From a virus (lineage: Duplodnaviria > Caudoviricetes), in IMG/VR virus record IMGVR_UViG_3300021964_010723: a stretch of DNA of 64,000 bases, one strand, 5' to 3'. The notes under the pieces were generated by a model. That model was not told the DNA's origin, searched no databases, and worked only from the letters and a program-made list of their open reading frames with translations. Positions within the stretch are counted from its first letter, which is position 1; each line of letters begins with the position of its first letter. Position numbers and translations under genes: made by a program. Of this stretch, positions 1 to 11,100 are shown piece after piece.

Positions 1-3000
1 TTATCTTAAAAAGTAATTGAGTGCTAGTGGTATACCTGTTACACCTCCAAGGAAGTTTGCAGTTGCGTTAAATTGTATACTTGCACCAGTTACTGTTGAA
101 ATTAAATTTGTACTTATAAATATGTCACCTGCAGTTAACGAGTTAACATTAAGTGAAGCACCACCGCCACCAATTTGAGCTTCAATATAAGCTTTTATTG
201 CTCTTTGCGTTGGTATCACTGAATCACTATCTGCAGTCATAAACGGATCTGTTGAAAATTCGCTTACTGTCGCAGAACTTCCGCCAAGAGTCACTTCACC
301 TAAACTTAATTCTTGTAATCCTGCAATATTAAATGCGTCTGCATTTAGAGTAGCAATACCTGTTGATTGTTCTACGTTAAATAGATTACCTACCCTAAAG
401 TTTCCATCTTGATCAGTGGCAGTAAAAAATACTCTACCGCCAGCAGATTCAACAGTTTCGTATGGTTGGTATGGATCTTGGAACGGCACTCCTGGATAAT
501 TTGTAGATTTAAAATTACCAGTTCCTATATCTAAGAAATCGTGTCCTGTTAGACGTACTTGTGAATATCTTATTCTCATATTCAAAGCAGTTTTATCCGG
601 AGGAACATTAATGCTAGGCATCTCTGGTGATAAATTTAAGAATCCAGTATAACCTCCATCATTTGCTCCTAAGAATGTAACAACATTTACTAATTTAAAC
701 ACATCATTTGGTAAATGATCAAAAACTACGTTTGAACCTGCAACTGGTACATCGGACATTCTTCTAACAGCAACAAAAATTCCACTTTGATCAAATTCTG
801 CATATCCATTTGATTCAGTTGCGCTGATATTTCCACTAGCTGCTTCATACCCTATACCTCTGTTTGTAAATGTTGGATTAGCTAAAACTCCGCTACCTGT
901 TTTAACGGTATAAGTTACGTCATAGATATTGTTAGGATCTGTTAATGTTAGAGTAGGTACGCTTGTGTATCCACTTCCAGGTTCTACTATTCTTATTTCG
1001 AATATTTTTTCATTTGCAATACTAGGGCGAGCAAATGCTTGCATGCCTAATGTCATCCTAACTACATGAGTCTGTACATCTGATCCTTTTAATATCCAAA
1101 CTGGCTCTAAATCTGGATTACCAAAACCTAATGCATTGTATCCATTATTGCCTGCTTGTGCAACAACTGAACGTAATTCCCAATTTGCACAATCTATAGA
1201 AGTTCTAATATTTTCACCTTGCAAGTTATCTATTACAACAAATTGTCCTTGTGCATATTTTATGTCTTTAGAAACTCCTAAGGTAGAACCATCTGCTGGT
1301 AAATCTACGAGCGTCCAACTTTCTCCTCTATCTAATGAATAAATTACATCATTTTGATCTTGCGACACAACTGCAAATCTATTTGCTCCAAATGTAATAG
1401 CACTCCAATTCCTTACAATTGGCGTTAATAATTCATCTGTAAGTAAGACTTTTGTCCATAAAGATGGATTTTGATATTCTGCATATGCAATTGTATTACT
1501 ATCGTCTAAAGCGACTACTAGGCGATTTGCTCCAAATGTGATTCCTACCCAACCGATCTGATCAGGCAAAGCGTCAGCATATTGGGTCCAAGTATTACCT
1601 TCGTCGTCTGAGACTAAAACATCTCTTGATCCTTTAAACATTAAGTAAAACTTGCCTTGACCGTATGTAATGTATGGTTCGCTATCGTAAGCATTTGGTA
1701 AAGCTACAGCACCCCAATTAACATTATCATATGATTGAAAAACTTGATTTTGAGATGTACTTTGGGTTACAATAATCGTAGAACTTACTGCAATATCGCT
1801 AGATCCGTCATATAATATCGCATTAGCAATTTTTGCCGGTCCTGATTGTCCACTTCCTCCAATGGATAAATTTGTCCATGTTGTACCGTCTGTGCTTTTT
1901 TCTATGCTTGTGCTTGTGTCACCAACTGCTATAAAGTCTCCGCTGCAACCAAACCCTTCTTGATCAAATTCTAAAATTGCACCAGTAGTGCTATCACATG
2001 CAGAAGCAATTATTTCTAAATCATTTAGTGGTGTCATTCCGCCTAATTGATCTCCAGGAATGGTTATGCTATCGCCTGTTTTATAATTTGCACCACCATT
2101 AGTTACTGCGACTATATACTTACTACCTACCCTGTTAACTGTAAAAGTGGCTCCTGTTCCTATATCTGAAACAACTAATCCTAGGGTTGGGTTTACATAT
2201 TCTATGCTAGTGTAACACCATGTAATGTCTGTTGTATCCTGCGATGCGCTCAATGTAGTTGCAGTCGTAGTAAACGGAGGTGCTGAAATTGTTATTTTAG
2301 GTTCAATCTGATATACCGAACTTGCATTAGGTGCTGTAATAGGTGTACCTGGATTTAGATGTTCCCAACCAGGTGTTGTTTCATCATTTTTAACCACAGT
2401 TGCAGTTTTGCTGCCTGAGCTGTATGTATCAATTATAGCATATTGGCCTACACCTGTTCCTCCAGTAATAAATATTCTCATTTGTTTGCCGGAATATGCT
2501 GTATCAGGATTACCGTCTGTCGCTGCTAGCGTTAAACTTGTTAATGTTCCAGTTTGAGCGGTATTTGAAACAATTAAGTAACCACTACCGCCAAATTGTT
2601 CTTCGTCACCTGTTAAATCAGTAATCTCTACCCTATTGACAGCCCTGTCTCTAAATTCATCTGTATACGTAGATGCATTTATGCCTGCACCAAAAACATT
2701 TATCACAGCTTCTGTATAAGCTTCTCCTGCATGTGAAAATTCTACATTAATTATTTCGTCGCCAGTTACATTGACATTAGAAATGTCAGCATTAAATTGA
2801 AATCTATTGTCAACTACAGCAGTTACGGGTGTTTCATCAGGGTCTACACCTTCTGCAACAGATCCAAACTTGCCATAACTGTTGTTACCATTAGTAGCTC
2901 TAATTCTGCCACCGTTTTCTGCCAAGTATCCTATGTGTGAATAATATGTAAACACAGATACAAGCTCTGCCCTACCATTATTTGTTATCCAAGCTCCAAT

Positions 3001-6000
3001 ACCATCACTAATTACCTGGGTAAAATCGTTTGAAACGATTGAATCATTACCGCCGTTATGTAATGCACCATCTATCTTTTGTCCTATTGCAGCATGTCCA
3101 AATGTTGTTAAATTTTGCACATACGGTGATCTAGTTGTTATCCATACAGATTCATCATCTGGTCCCCAACCTGGGTCTAAAGATGCATAAGCTCCTGCTG
3201 TTGGTCTCTGTGTTCCTAATAAATTTCCAGCATCAAGATCTCCGTCTAATCCGTCTACAGTCTGTAAGCGTAATCCGGTTGCATTCCTTAGATAGTACAT
3301 GTCTTCTTCTTTAGAACCTAACACACTGTTGACATAATATCTTGCACTTAATTTAGATTTGTAATATGCAGGTAAATTAAATGTAAAATCGTACTGTCGT
3401 AAAACACTGTTTGTAGCAAATCTTCTCTCCCATTGTTGCGGATATACTAAATCCCATCTCATGCCATGGATAATACTTTTTAAATCTCTTGTACAAAGTG
3501 TTCTATTGTATTCGTAAGCAGTTCGGATCGCTAAATTTAAACCTGTGTAATCATTATCAAATTGTACAAGAGTATTACTGGCATCAACAAGCCTAATTTT
3601 AGTTGCGCTTACAATTCTACCAATAGTATATGTATCAGCAAAATTAAAGGTAAATGTTTCTGGAAACACAAATGCATCAGCGTTTGTTATAATAACTTCC
3701 ATTCCTACTTCTAACCATTGTGTAGTAGCTAGTGTCATTGTGTTATCAGCTGCGGTTATGCCAGTAATTACATCTGAATGATAATTATCAACTTTGTTTA
3801 AAACGTCTGCAACAATAAATTCTTTGTTCAAATCTAATATTCTGCTATTTGCATGCAAATCTTTTTCAGCAGTCTGTTGATTATTTCCTTCTGGATTTAC
3901 ACCATAAATTATATCGTTAACAAAATCTATGGTGTAATCTATCTTATCTTTGGCTGCTTGTTCAGACACTGCATTTTTTGCTAAAATTCTAACATATTCA
4001 TTTGCTGCAATGGTAGCTTCTTTTTGGTAACCGTATACTTTAGCAGAAGGTCCTCTTGCATAACTATAAGCTGCAACTATTGAAGCAAAATTTGTATCTA
4101 AACACCAATCATACCTAGCAGCATCTAATATTAGACCTATGTCTCTTGAACATTTTTCATGATCAAAATCAAATCCACTATATACCGATGTAATTTGCTG
4201 GAGTGCCCAGTTTATTGTATATGTTTTTGCTGCATTAATTGCATTTACGGCTGTTGAAATATCACTACTAAACCAATTATTGTCTGGCTGTATTGCTGCT
4301 GGTACTGTAGTTGGGTCATTGGCTGTTATAGAATCAGTAATTATAGCTCTTAATTCATCAATTTTATTATCTTCTGTTGCACCTGCATTTGGTCCGGTGT
4401 AAGGTTGTGATCCACCGCCTAGTGTATTTTGAAAAGCTTGCTTTACATTCGTTGCTAAACTTGTATACAATTGCACACTTGCTGCTCGTTCTGCTGATGT
4501 ACCATATACTGATTCACCAGTTATATTGTTATACAATGCTCTAACAACATTTAGCGTCGCAATGTTACATCCATCTCCGTTAACTGTTTGATCATAATTT
4601 ATATCAAATGCCCAAGATTCTAGTGTTCTTGCTAAATCTTGTTTACATTTTGTTTGTAACTCTGTGCTTAATTGTTGCCAATAAGAATTTGCATTTGCAG
4701 TAAAATCTACAATATAATCTCGATTATTTATAATTTGATTTCTTGCGCTTTCTCTTGTAACAATTCCTCCAGGAATGTTATGGTAAGATACAGCAGGAGC
4801 ACTTGCATCACCATCATTAAATATAGTAGTTAAGTTATTTTGGCTACTATTAATTCGTTGGATTGCTGATGTTGAGTCTGCGTTATTTTGGTTAAAATAT
4901 TCTGTTATTATTTCACTAGCAACAACTCCTACACCATACAATTCCTGTTGGGATTGTTCTTGCTTTACAACACTAGATTGTGCTCTATTGTAGGCATACC
5001 CAGTGTAAATCCCCCAAAAATTTGTTTTTAGTGTTGAGTCTAAAACAAATGCTTCATGTATGTATCCTAAATCTCTTCTACAATATTCACCTCTATATGT
5101 AAAATTTCCAAATTTACTAATAATAAAATCAATAGTATATTCTTGAATATAGGTATAATTATTTGCTAAATTTGTATAATCAGATATTAAGCCGGCTTGT
5201 GCAGTACTAATATCTGGATAGGTTATAGCGGGTAAATTATTTACGTCAGTAACAATAGTAATCAAAATATTCATCAATGTGAAAATTGTATTACTTACAG
5301 TGCCATTGGCTGAGTTTGTAGTAATGATTTGTGATATTTCAGTTTGATACGGATTTATAATTGTATTGTTTATCGCTACATTTTGTAATACTGATTGTAA
5401 ATAGCCGTAAGCATCTAAAGTAGCAGTTATCTCGGTATTATTAATTTGCAATATACCTGTTACTCCAGAATAATATGCTAGGGCTGCATTAATTGTTTGC
5501 CAATTACCTCCATAGACTAAATCATAACAAATTGCATCTATTACGTAACCAACATCTTGTTGACACTTTGTTCTACTATAAGATAATGTCTCATATTGGT
5601 CATCTAGAAAACCTTGAATTTCTCTTTTAATGAAATCTCTATTTAAGAAAATATTTTCTTTTGCGTATCCATAAACAGGTTCTGCTAGAGCATATGAAGC
5701 AGTAAAATCTGCTTCAGTTTTTCTTCCAATACCGTGATCAATAAATCTTTTAATTACCCTTGCTAGTTGTGTAGTTGCTAAAGCTGTAGAAGGACTACCT
5801 ATTGGCCAATCTGTTAGTTGAGCTTCGTTATTTCCTAATTCTGCATTGACTGTGATTCCTTGGCTAATATCTTCTAAAATATTTTCTAGATGATCTAAAG
5901 CTGCATAGGTGTACTTTATATCAGTCGTTGGTGTCAATCCATTCTCAACTTTCCTTGGATACACAGTAACTGACCTTAATTCGTCTCCCATAACACAACA

Positions 6001-8070
6001 TTGAGCTGGAACAATTATAGGTAAAACTTCATAATATTTTCCAGTTGCTACCTTAATCAATGTATTAGTTTCTATCCTAGTTGGAATTCCTGTTTCATCT
6101 CCTGCTGCGATAGCAGTTGTAATTATATTTGTTAATTCTGTTATTCGAGCGTATACTTGTTCTACGTCTAAGTTTATGTTTTTATATTGTTGTACAACTG
6201 CTGTAGAATTATCTCCATTGAAAACTTGCCAACTATTTGTTCCTGATGTTCCTATTTCTAAAGGATCGGTTTGATTAACAACATTTTCCATTAATGCTAG
6301 CGCAAAATTAATACTTGCATTTGTTTCAGCAGCTTGATTTAAAAGATAAAAATTTGTTGCGTCATTAACATAACTTAATGCAACTTCTCTTACTCTTACA
6401 TTTCCTCCATGTGTTAAATCATGAATAATTGCATCTACGATAAAACCAATATCTCTTTCGCATTTTTCTCTATTATAATTGAAATTCACCGTAAAAGGTG
6501 AATTACCTTGTGTAATTTGATAATCTGTCCATTCTACAGTTTCTCTTTGTATGTAGATTCTATTTAGGTCTAATATCTGTCTTGCAGCAGGATATTTTGC
6601 ACCGTCTAGAATTTGTTCAGCAGCATATCTTATACTTGCCCAAGGAGATTCTATTGTTGTTCCTCTAATAGGCGCAGGTTGATCAACACCTGTAGTTGAC
6701 ACATAGTAAACATCTGGATTTTGTCCAAAGAATGTCCATTCGGGTGTAGCGTCTGCAGATACTCTTAGAACTTGTCCTTCTTTACCTATCGGTAATCTTG
6801 TAGGTCCTGCTCCACCGTAATATACTAGATCCCCCAATTGCTCTAAAGCATCTGTTTCTGAACCTATTGCAAGTACATTCCAGTATCTACCAGTTATGTC
6901 TAAATCTGGTCTACTATTTTCTGCTCCTCCTCCTGGAGGTGTTTTTGTTTCTGTTGAAAAATCATCATCATCACTTACGTGAGATTCTATACACACATAT
7001 GACGATTTATCATATCTAACAACATCACCTACAACATAATATCCATCATCTACCCATTGTCCTCTCCAGCGTAGACCTGTTGACATTAAGTCCCAATAGT
7101 CCTCCCAACCTGTAACTTCCCCAGGTTCAATAGCACTGTTATCAGCAGTAGCAACATAAACAGAACTTCCTACAGTTACAACATTTCCAGTTCTATATTC
7201 TTGAGCACTGTCTAATGCACCCCATTCTCCACTAAATGCAAAACCTTTTGCAAAAACTTTCCATGTTATAGCAGAGCTTGTTGGCTGTGTATTAATATTT
7301 TGAATAAGAGCTATATATTGATAACCGCCCCAAACCACAATATCGCCTGCTTGATATGTAGTTGTTGAATCCCACTCGTCTTCGAAGCTTACTCCTTCTA
7401 CAAATGTGTCCCATTTAAAATTATCGCTTCCAAATTCAGTAACTGATGTATGATATTCATTACATAGATATAATCCAGCTCCGTATTTTACTACATCATT
7501 GACTTTGTATCTAGTAGACGGCGTCCATAATCCTTTCCAGTCTATACCTGAAGTAAATCTATCCCATTTTGATAGATCATTTTCTAAACCAGAAGCATTA
7601 CTTGCTGCAGATAAATGTTCAGTGTTACATACCCAAGTCCCGCTACCATATTTTACAATTTCATTTGGTCTGTATGTGGTATTGATATCCCAATCACCTT
7701 TCCACTCTAATCCTGTAGCAAATACATCCCAATTTTCTATTTCGTCACCTAAATTTTGTTGTAAGTCGCTAGTAGATGTATGTACTATTTTACAAATGTA
7801 CAAACCAGCACCAAATTTAACTATATCGTTGTAAACATAATAAGTAGAATTTTGCCATTCACCTTTCCAGGTTTGTCCGTCAGCCATCAGTTGCCACTTT
7901 GCAGGAGCACTGTCTAAATCGTCATAAAATGACGGTAAACTTGTGTGTCCTAAAACACAAATATATAATCTACCTCCAATTTGAACAACATCATCTCTAT
8001 AATAAGTTGTGCCAGTAGTCCATGTATTTTTCCATACAAACCTAATTCTACCAAGTTTAAACTCTGCCAT
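1..8070 (-). CDS. Giant virion structural / tail-associated protein (2689 aa): N-terminal W-x-G-x-W...Y-x-x-D-x-V carbohydrate-binding-like repeats, pectin-lyase-like segment, helical CxRD repeats, BNR/Asp-box propeller
   Basis: Complete ORF with stop at 1-3. GGAG Shine-Dalgarno and TAAATA upstream. Repeats such as WKGDWDINTTYRPNEIVKYG; Asp-box motifs SYDNVNW, SDDEGNTW, SLDRGESW. Paralogous to 8108-13549. Confidence 0.75.
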   Translation of the reverse strand: MAEFKLGRIRFVWKNTWTTGTTYYRDDVVQIGGRLYICVLGHTSLPSFYDDLDSAPAKWQLMADGQTWKGEWQNSTYYVYNDIVKFGAGLYICKIVHTSTSDLQQNLGDEIENWDVFATGLEWKGDWDINTTYRPNEIVKYGSGTWVCNTEHLSAASNASGLENDLSKWDRFTSGIDWKGLWTPSTRYKVNDVVKYGAGLYLCNEYHTSVTEFGSDNFKWDTFVEGVSFEDEWDSTTTYQAGDIVVWGGYQYIALIQNINTQPTSSAITWKVFAKGFAFSGEWGALDSAQEYRTGNVVTVGSSVYVATADNSAIEPGEVTGWEDYWDLMSTGLRWRGQWVDDGYYVVGDVVRYDKSSYVCIESHVSDDDDFSTETKTPPGGGAENSRPDLDITGRYWNVLAIGSETDALEQLGDLVYYGGAGPTRLPIGKEGQVLRVSADATPEWTFFGQNPDVYYVSTTGVDQPAPIRGTTIESPWASIRYAAEQILDGAKYPAARQILDLNRIYIQRETVEWTDYQITQGNSPFTVNFNYNREKCERDIGFIVDAIIHDLTHGGNVRVREVALSYVNDATNFYLLNQAAETNASINFALALMENVVNQTDPLEIGTSGTNSWQVFNGDNSTAVVQQYKNINLDVEQVYARITELTNIITTAIAAGDETGIPTRIETNTLIKVATGKYYEVLPIIVPAQCCVMGDELRSVTVYPRKVENGLTPTTDIKYTYAALDHLENILEDISQGITVNAELGNNEAQLTDWPIGSPSTALATTQLARVIKRFIDHGIGRKTEADFTASYALAEPVYGYAKENIFLNRDFIKREIQGFLDDQYETLSYSRTKCQQDVGYVIDAICYDLVYGGNWQTINAALAYYSGVTGILQINNTEITATLDAYGYLQSVLQNVAINNTIINPYQTEISQIITTNSANGTVSNTIFTLMNILITIVTDVNNLPAITYPDISTAQAGLISDYTNLANNYTYIQEYTIDFIISKFGNFTYRGEYCRRDLGYIHEAFVLDSTLKTNFWGIYTGYAYNRAQSSVVKQEQSQQELYGVGVVASEIITEYFNQNNADSTSAIQRINSSQNNLTTIFNDGDASAPAVSYHNIPGGIVTRESARNQIINNRDYIVDFTANANSYWQQLSTELQTKCKQDLARTLESWAFDINYDQTVNGDGCNIATLNVVRALYNNITGESVYGTSAERAASVQLYTSLATNVKQAFQNTLGGGSQPYTGPNAGATEDNKIDELRAIITDSITANDPTTVPAAIQPDNNWFSSDISTAVNAINAAKTYTINWALQQITSVYSGFDFDHEKCSRDIGLILDAARYDWCLDTNFASIVAAYSYARGPSAKVYGYQKEATIAANEYVRILAKNAVSEQAAKDKIDYTIDFVNDIIYGVNPEGNNQQTAEKDLHANSRILDLNKEFIVADVLNKVDNYHSDVITGITAADNTMTLATTQWLEVGMEVIITNADAFVFPETFTFNFADTYTIGRIVSATKIRLVDASNTLVQFDNDYTGLNLAIRTAYEYNRTLCTRDLKSIIHGMRWDLVYPQQWERRFATNSVLRQYDFTFNLPAYYKSKLSARYYVNSVLGSKEEDMYYLRNATGLRLQTVDGLDGDLDAGNLLGTQRPTAGAYASLDPGWGPDDESVWITTRSPYVQNLTTFGHAAIGQKIDGALHNGGNDSIVSNDFTQVISDGIGAWITNNGRAELVSVFTYYSHIGYLAENGGRIRATNGNNSYGKFGSVAEGVDPDETPVTAVVDNRFQFNADISNVNVTGDEIINVEFSHAGEAYTEAVINVFGAGINASTYTDEFRDRAVNRVEITDLTGDEEQFGGSGYLIVSNTAQTGTLTSLTLAATDGNPDTAYSGKQMRIFITGGTGVGQYAIIDTYSSGSKTATVVKNDETTPGWEHLNPGTPITAPNASSVYQIEPKITISAPPFTTTATTLSASQDTTDITWCYTSIEYVNPTLGLVVSDIGTGATFTVNRVGSKYIVAVTNGGANYKTGDSITIPGDQLGGMTPLNDLEIIASACDSTTGAILEFDQEGFGCSGDFIAVGDTSTSIEKSTDGTTWTNLSIGGSGQSGPAKIANAILYDGSSDIAVSSTIIVTQSTSQNQVFQSYDNVNWGAVALPNAYDSEPYITYGQGKFYLMFKGSRDVLVSDDEGNTWTQYADALPDQIGWVGITFGANRLVVALDDSNTIAYAEYQNPSLWTKVLLTDELLTPIVRNWSAITFGANRFAVVSQDQNDVIYSLDRGESWTLVDLPADGSTLGVSKDIKYAQGQFVVIDNLQGENIRTSIDCANWELRSVVAQAGNNGYNALGFGNPDLEPVWILKGSDVQTHVVRMTLGMQAFARPSIANEKIFEIRIVEPGSGYTSVPTLTLTDPNNIYDVTYTVKTGSGVLANPTFTNRGIGYEAASGNISATESNGYAEFDQSGIFVAVRRMSDVPVAGSNVVFDHLPNDVFKLVNVVTFLGANDGGYTGFLNLSPEMPSINVPPDKTALNMRIRYSQVRLTGHDFLDIGTGNFKSTNYPGVPFQDPYQPYETVESAGGRVFFTATDQDGNFRVGNLFNVEQSTGIATLNADAFNIAGLQELSLGEVTLGGSSATVSEFSTDPFMTADSDSVIPTQRAIKAYIEAQIGGGGASLNVNSLTAGDIFISTNLISTVTGASIQFNATANFLGGVTGIPLALNYFLR

Positions 8071-8092
8071 TAAAAATCTCCAATATTACTTA

Positions 8093-8098
8093 TATTTA
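8093..8098 (-). promoter_or_regulatory. T4-type late promoter core TAAATA
   Basis: TAAATA 22 nt upstream of the 2689-aa ORF, followed by GGAG. The same core recurs before other late genes, and a gp55-like gene is in the window. Confidence 0.65.
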
Positions 8099-8107
8099 GC
8101 TTAATTG

Positions 8108-11100
8108 TTAGGTATCAAAATTTCTCAAGTAATATGATAATGCTAACGGTGTTCCTTTAACACCTTTATTAGATACACCGTAAAAATCCATTCTTTTATC
8201 AAAATTCACTTTGAAACCTGTTGTAGTACTAATTATATTTTCAGTTGTTCCAACACGTACTTGGCCTGCTATAAGTTCGTTAGTTAAAACTTCTCCGCCT
8301 CCTGCACTAATTCTTTCTTGGATAAACTGTATGATAGCCCTTTGAGTAGGAACAACGTTGTCAGAATCTGCAAAGAATACTGGATCAGTTGAAAATTCTC
8401 TAATTACAGTTCCTGAACCTCCTAGTCTTACTCCGCCCAATGCTAACTCAGACAATCCATCTAATGAAAAGAAATCAGCACTAATAGTTACAATACCTGT
8501 AGCTTGTTCTACCGCAAATAATTCACCTGTTCTAAAATTACCGTCCTGATCTGTAGAGACATAAAAAACTCTTCCTCCGCTTAACTCTATTACTTCTTGT
8601 TCTGGTTTAGCTATAAAGAAAGCACCACCTGCGTATAATTCTGGATAATTTGTTTGTTCAAAATTTCCAGTTCCTATATCTAAGAAATCATGTCCAGTTA
8701 CTCTACATTGCGAATATCTTTCTCTTATTTCTACAGACCTACCATGAGTTAAAAAGTCTTTATTTTGAATTTTTGGACTTACCCTAATTTGAGCTCTAAA
8801 TGTATCTGCTAGGGTTCCGTCAGAGCCAAGAGGTGTAATTGTTACTAAAGTTAGAATCCTAAGGATTTCATCTTCTGGATCTTCGTCTTCGTCTAAAATT
8901 CCAGTTATCCGTAACTGTGCTCCAGGTCCTGGATAACGTGCTAAACCATCTATAACAAGGTCAACTTCATTTGATGGAATTATATCTGCAAATCCATCAC
9001 CTTCAATTGTAACTCTTGTGGTACTACTTCTATAACCTATACCTCTATTAATAAAAGACGGTTGACTAAGAACATTTAGTCCAAATCTTAAGGTAACAAA
9101 TGCTTGCGAAACCCATTGATTATCATAAAATATTTCTGTGCTATAGTTAACATTATCTTTGTAACCACTTCCAGGATCCCAAATCACTACTTCTTCTATT
9201 GTATTACTTGCTATTTTTGTTCTTGCAAGAGCCTGCTTTCCTGTGTCTATCAATACCAAATCACTGTCATTGTAAGAAATACAACAATATGTGTATGATG
9301 TATTTCCTGTGTAACCAAAAGATATTGCATTCCATCTGTTGGTACCTAAAGGTAGTTCTTCTGTTCTCCAATTTATGCCGTCCTCAGATATTCCAATTAA
9401 ATTTCCTTCGTAAGCTGTAGTTAAAAAATAAAGGCCATTGCCTTGTGATATTTTAGTCCAGTTACCTAAAGGTAAATTATCATAAACTGTCCATGTTTCT
9501 AGAGTTTCTGTAATACATGAAACAATCAAATTATCGATTGTTAATGCTGAAATGTGCCCAGCTAAATAAATCATGTTTCTAAATTCACAAGGATTAGATG
9601 TGTTAGGATTAACTGGTATTATATTGCCGGTAACTGTCCATGTTAAAACACCATTTTCATACACACCTGTTGCAATTGCTTCTGCATCAGATAATGCAAT
9701 AAATTTATCATAACCGTAAGTAATTACTGTCCAGTCTGTAGTTATTGCATTTGTTAACAAGCTTGTTGACCACGTAGTTCCGTTAGTGCTGTAATACGAG
9801 GTATTAGAATTTGTCAAAATTACAAAAACTCCATCTCCATATGCAATGTCTTTTATGTTTAACGACGAAGGTAAAACAACACTACTCCAAGCAGTTGCAG
9901 TTGTCGATCTTGCTATAATACTTGATTGTCCTGTTGGAATAGCTAAAAATATTCCGTCACCGTTTATTACTTTATTCCATGTCTGTATAGTTGGTAGTGT
10001 ATACTCTGACCAATTTACTCCATCTACAGATACACTAACAAAATTTCCATCCGAAATAACTACAAATTTTCCTGGTAAACCTAAGCCGTCAAAATCAAAC
10101 GCAACAATACTTGCCGTACTATCATCTGTAACTTCTGTTATTTTAATATTGAGATCATTTTCTTCATCATTTCCGCCTATTGATGATCCAACAATTGTAT
10201 ATGTTTCTCCAACTGCATAACCTGCACCAGGATCATCTAAAGCAACTGAGTAGACAGATCCTGTTTTTGTAATTGTTAAAGCAGCTCTAGCAGCAACAAC
10301 ACCATCAGTCTCACCTTCTCCAAAATCTAAAGATATTAAAAATTGTTCGGTAGTAATTCCCCATGTGATATCTGTCCATAATTTTGATTGACCGATAGAT
10401 GATAAAGTAGTATCATATCCTGGGTGTGGTATTGTAACACGAGGTTCTATAGAATATGTAGTGCTTGCTGTTAATAATGGTTCTATAACTGTTCCTGGCA
10501 CTATGTGATCAAAACCTAATGTGTCATCGCTTTCTTTGTAGATAGTAGCAGTCCTATAATCAACACTATTTTCATCGTCATCGTATGCTTGAATATAGCC
10601 ATATTGACCTGTTCCTGGTCCAGATGTAATAACTAATCTTTGTCCAACATAATCTTCTGCTGTGCGCAAATCAGTTGCTGAAAGTAAAATGGTTGAATCA
10701 GTACCTTCTTGTGCATTATTTTTAACATTTGTATAACCTAATCCTCCAATACGTGTACTATCTTGCGGTTCTAATAATCTAATTTGTTTAATGCCACCTT
10801 GCCTAAAATTATCATATTTAGTATTAACAAAATTACCAGCTCCTACTACAGTTGCTGTAGCATTTAAATAATTTTCTCCACAATGACTATATTCAAATAT
10901 AAGTAACCGATCTAATTCTCCGGTATCGTCTGAAATTTCTCCTGCAAAAGCAGAGTAAACTGATGCTTGTGTAGTCCGATTGTTTACTGTTGCAGTTTGT
11001 GGTGTTTCAGCATCATCTATTCCTATAGCTACACTGCCGTATTCTCCATAACTGTTATTTCCATTTGTAGCTCGTATTGTTCCTCCGTTTTCTGCCATAT

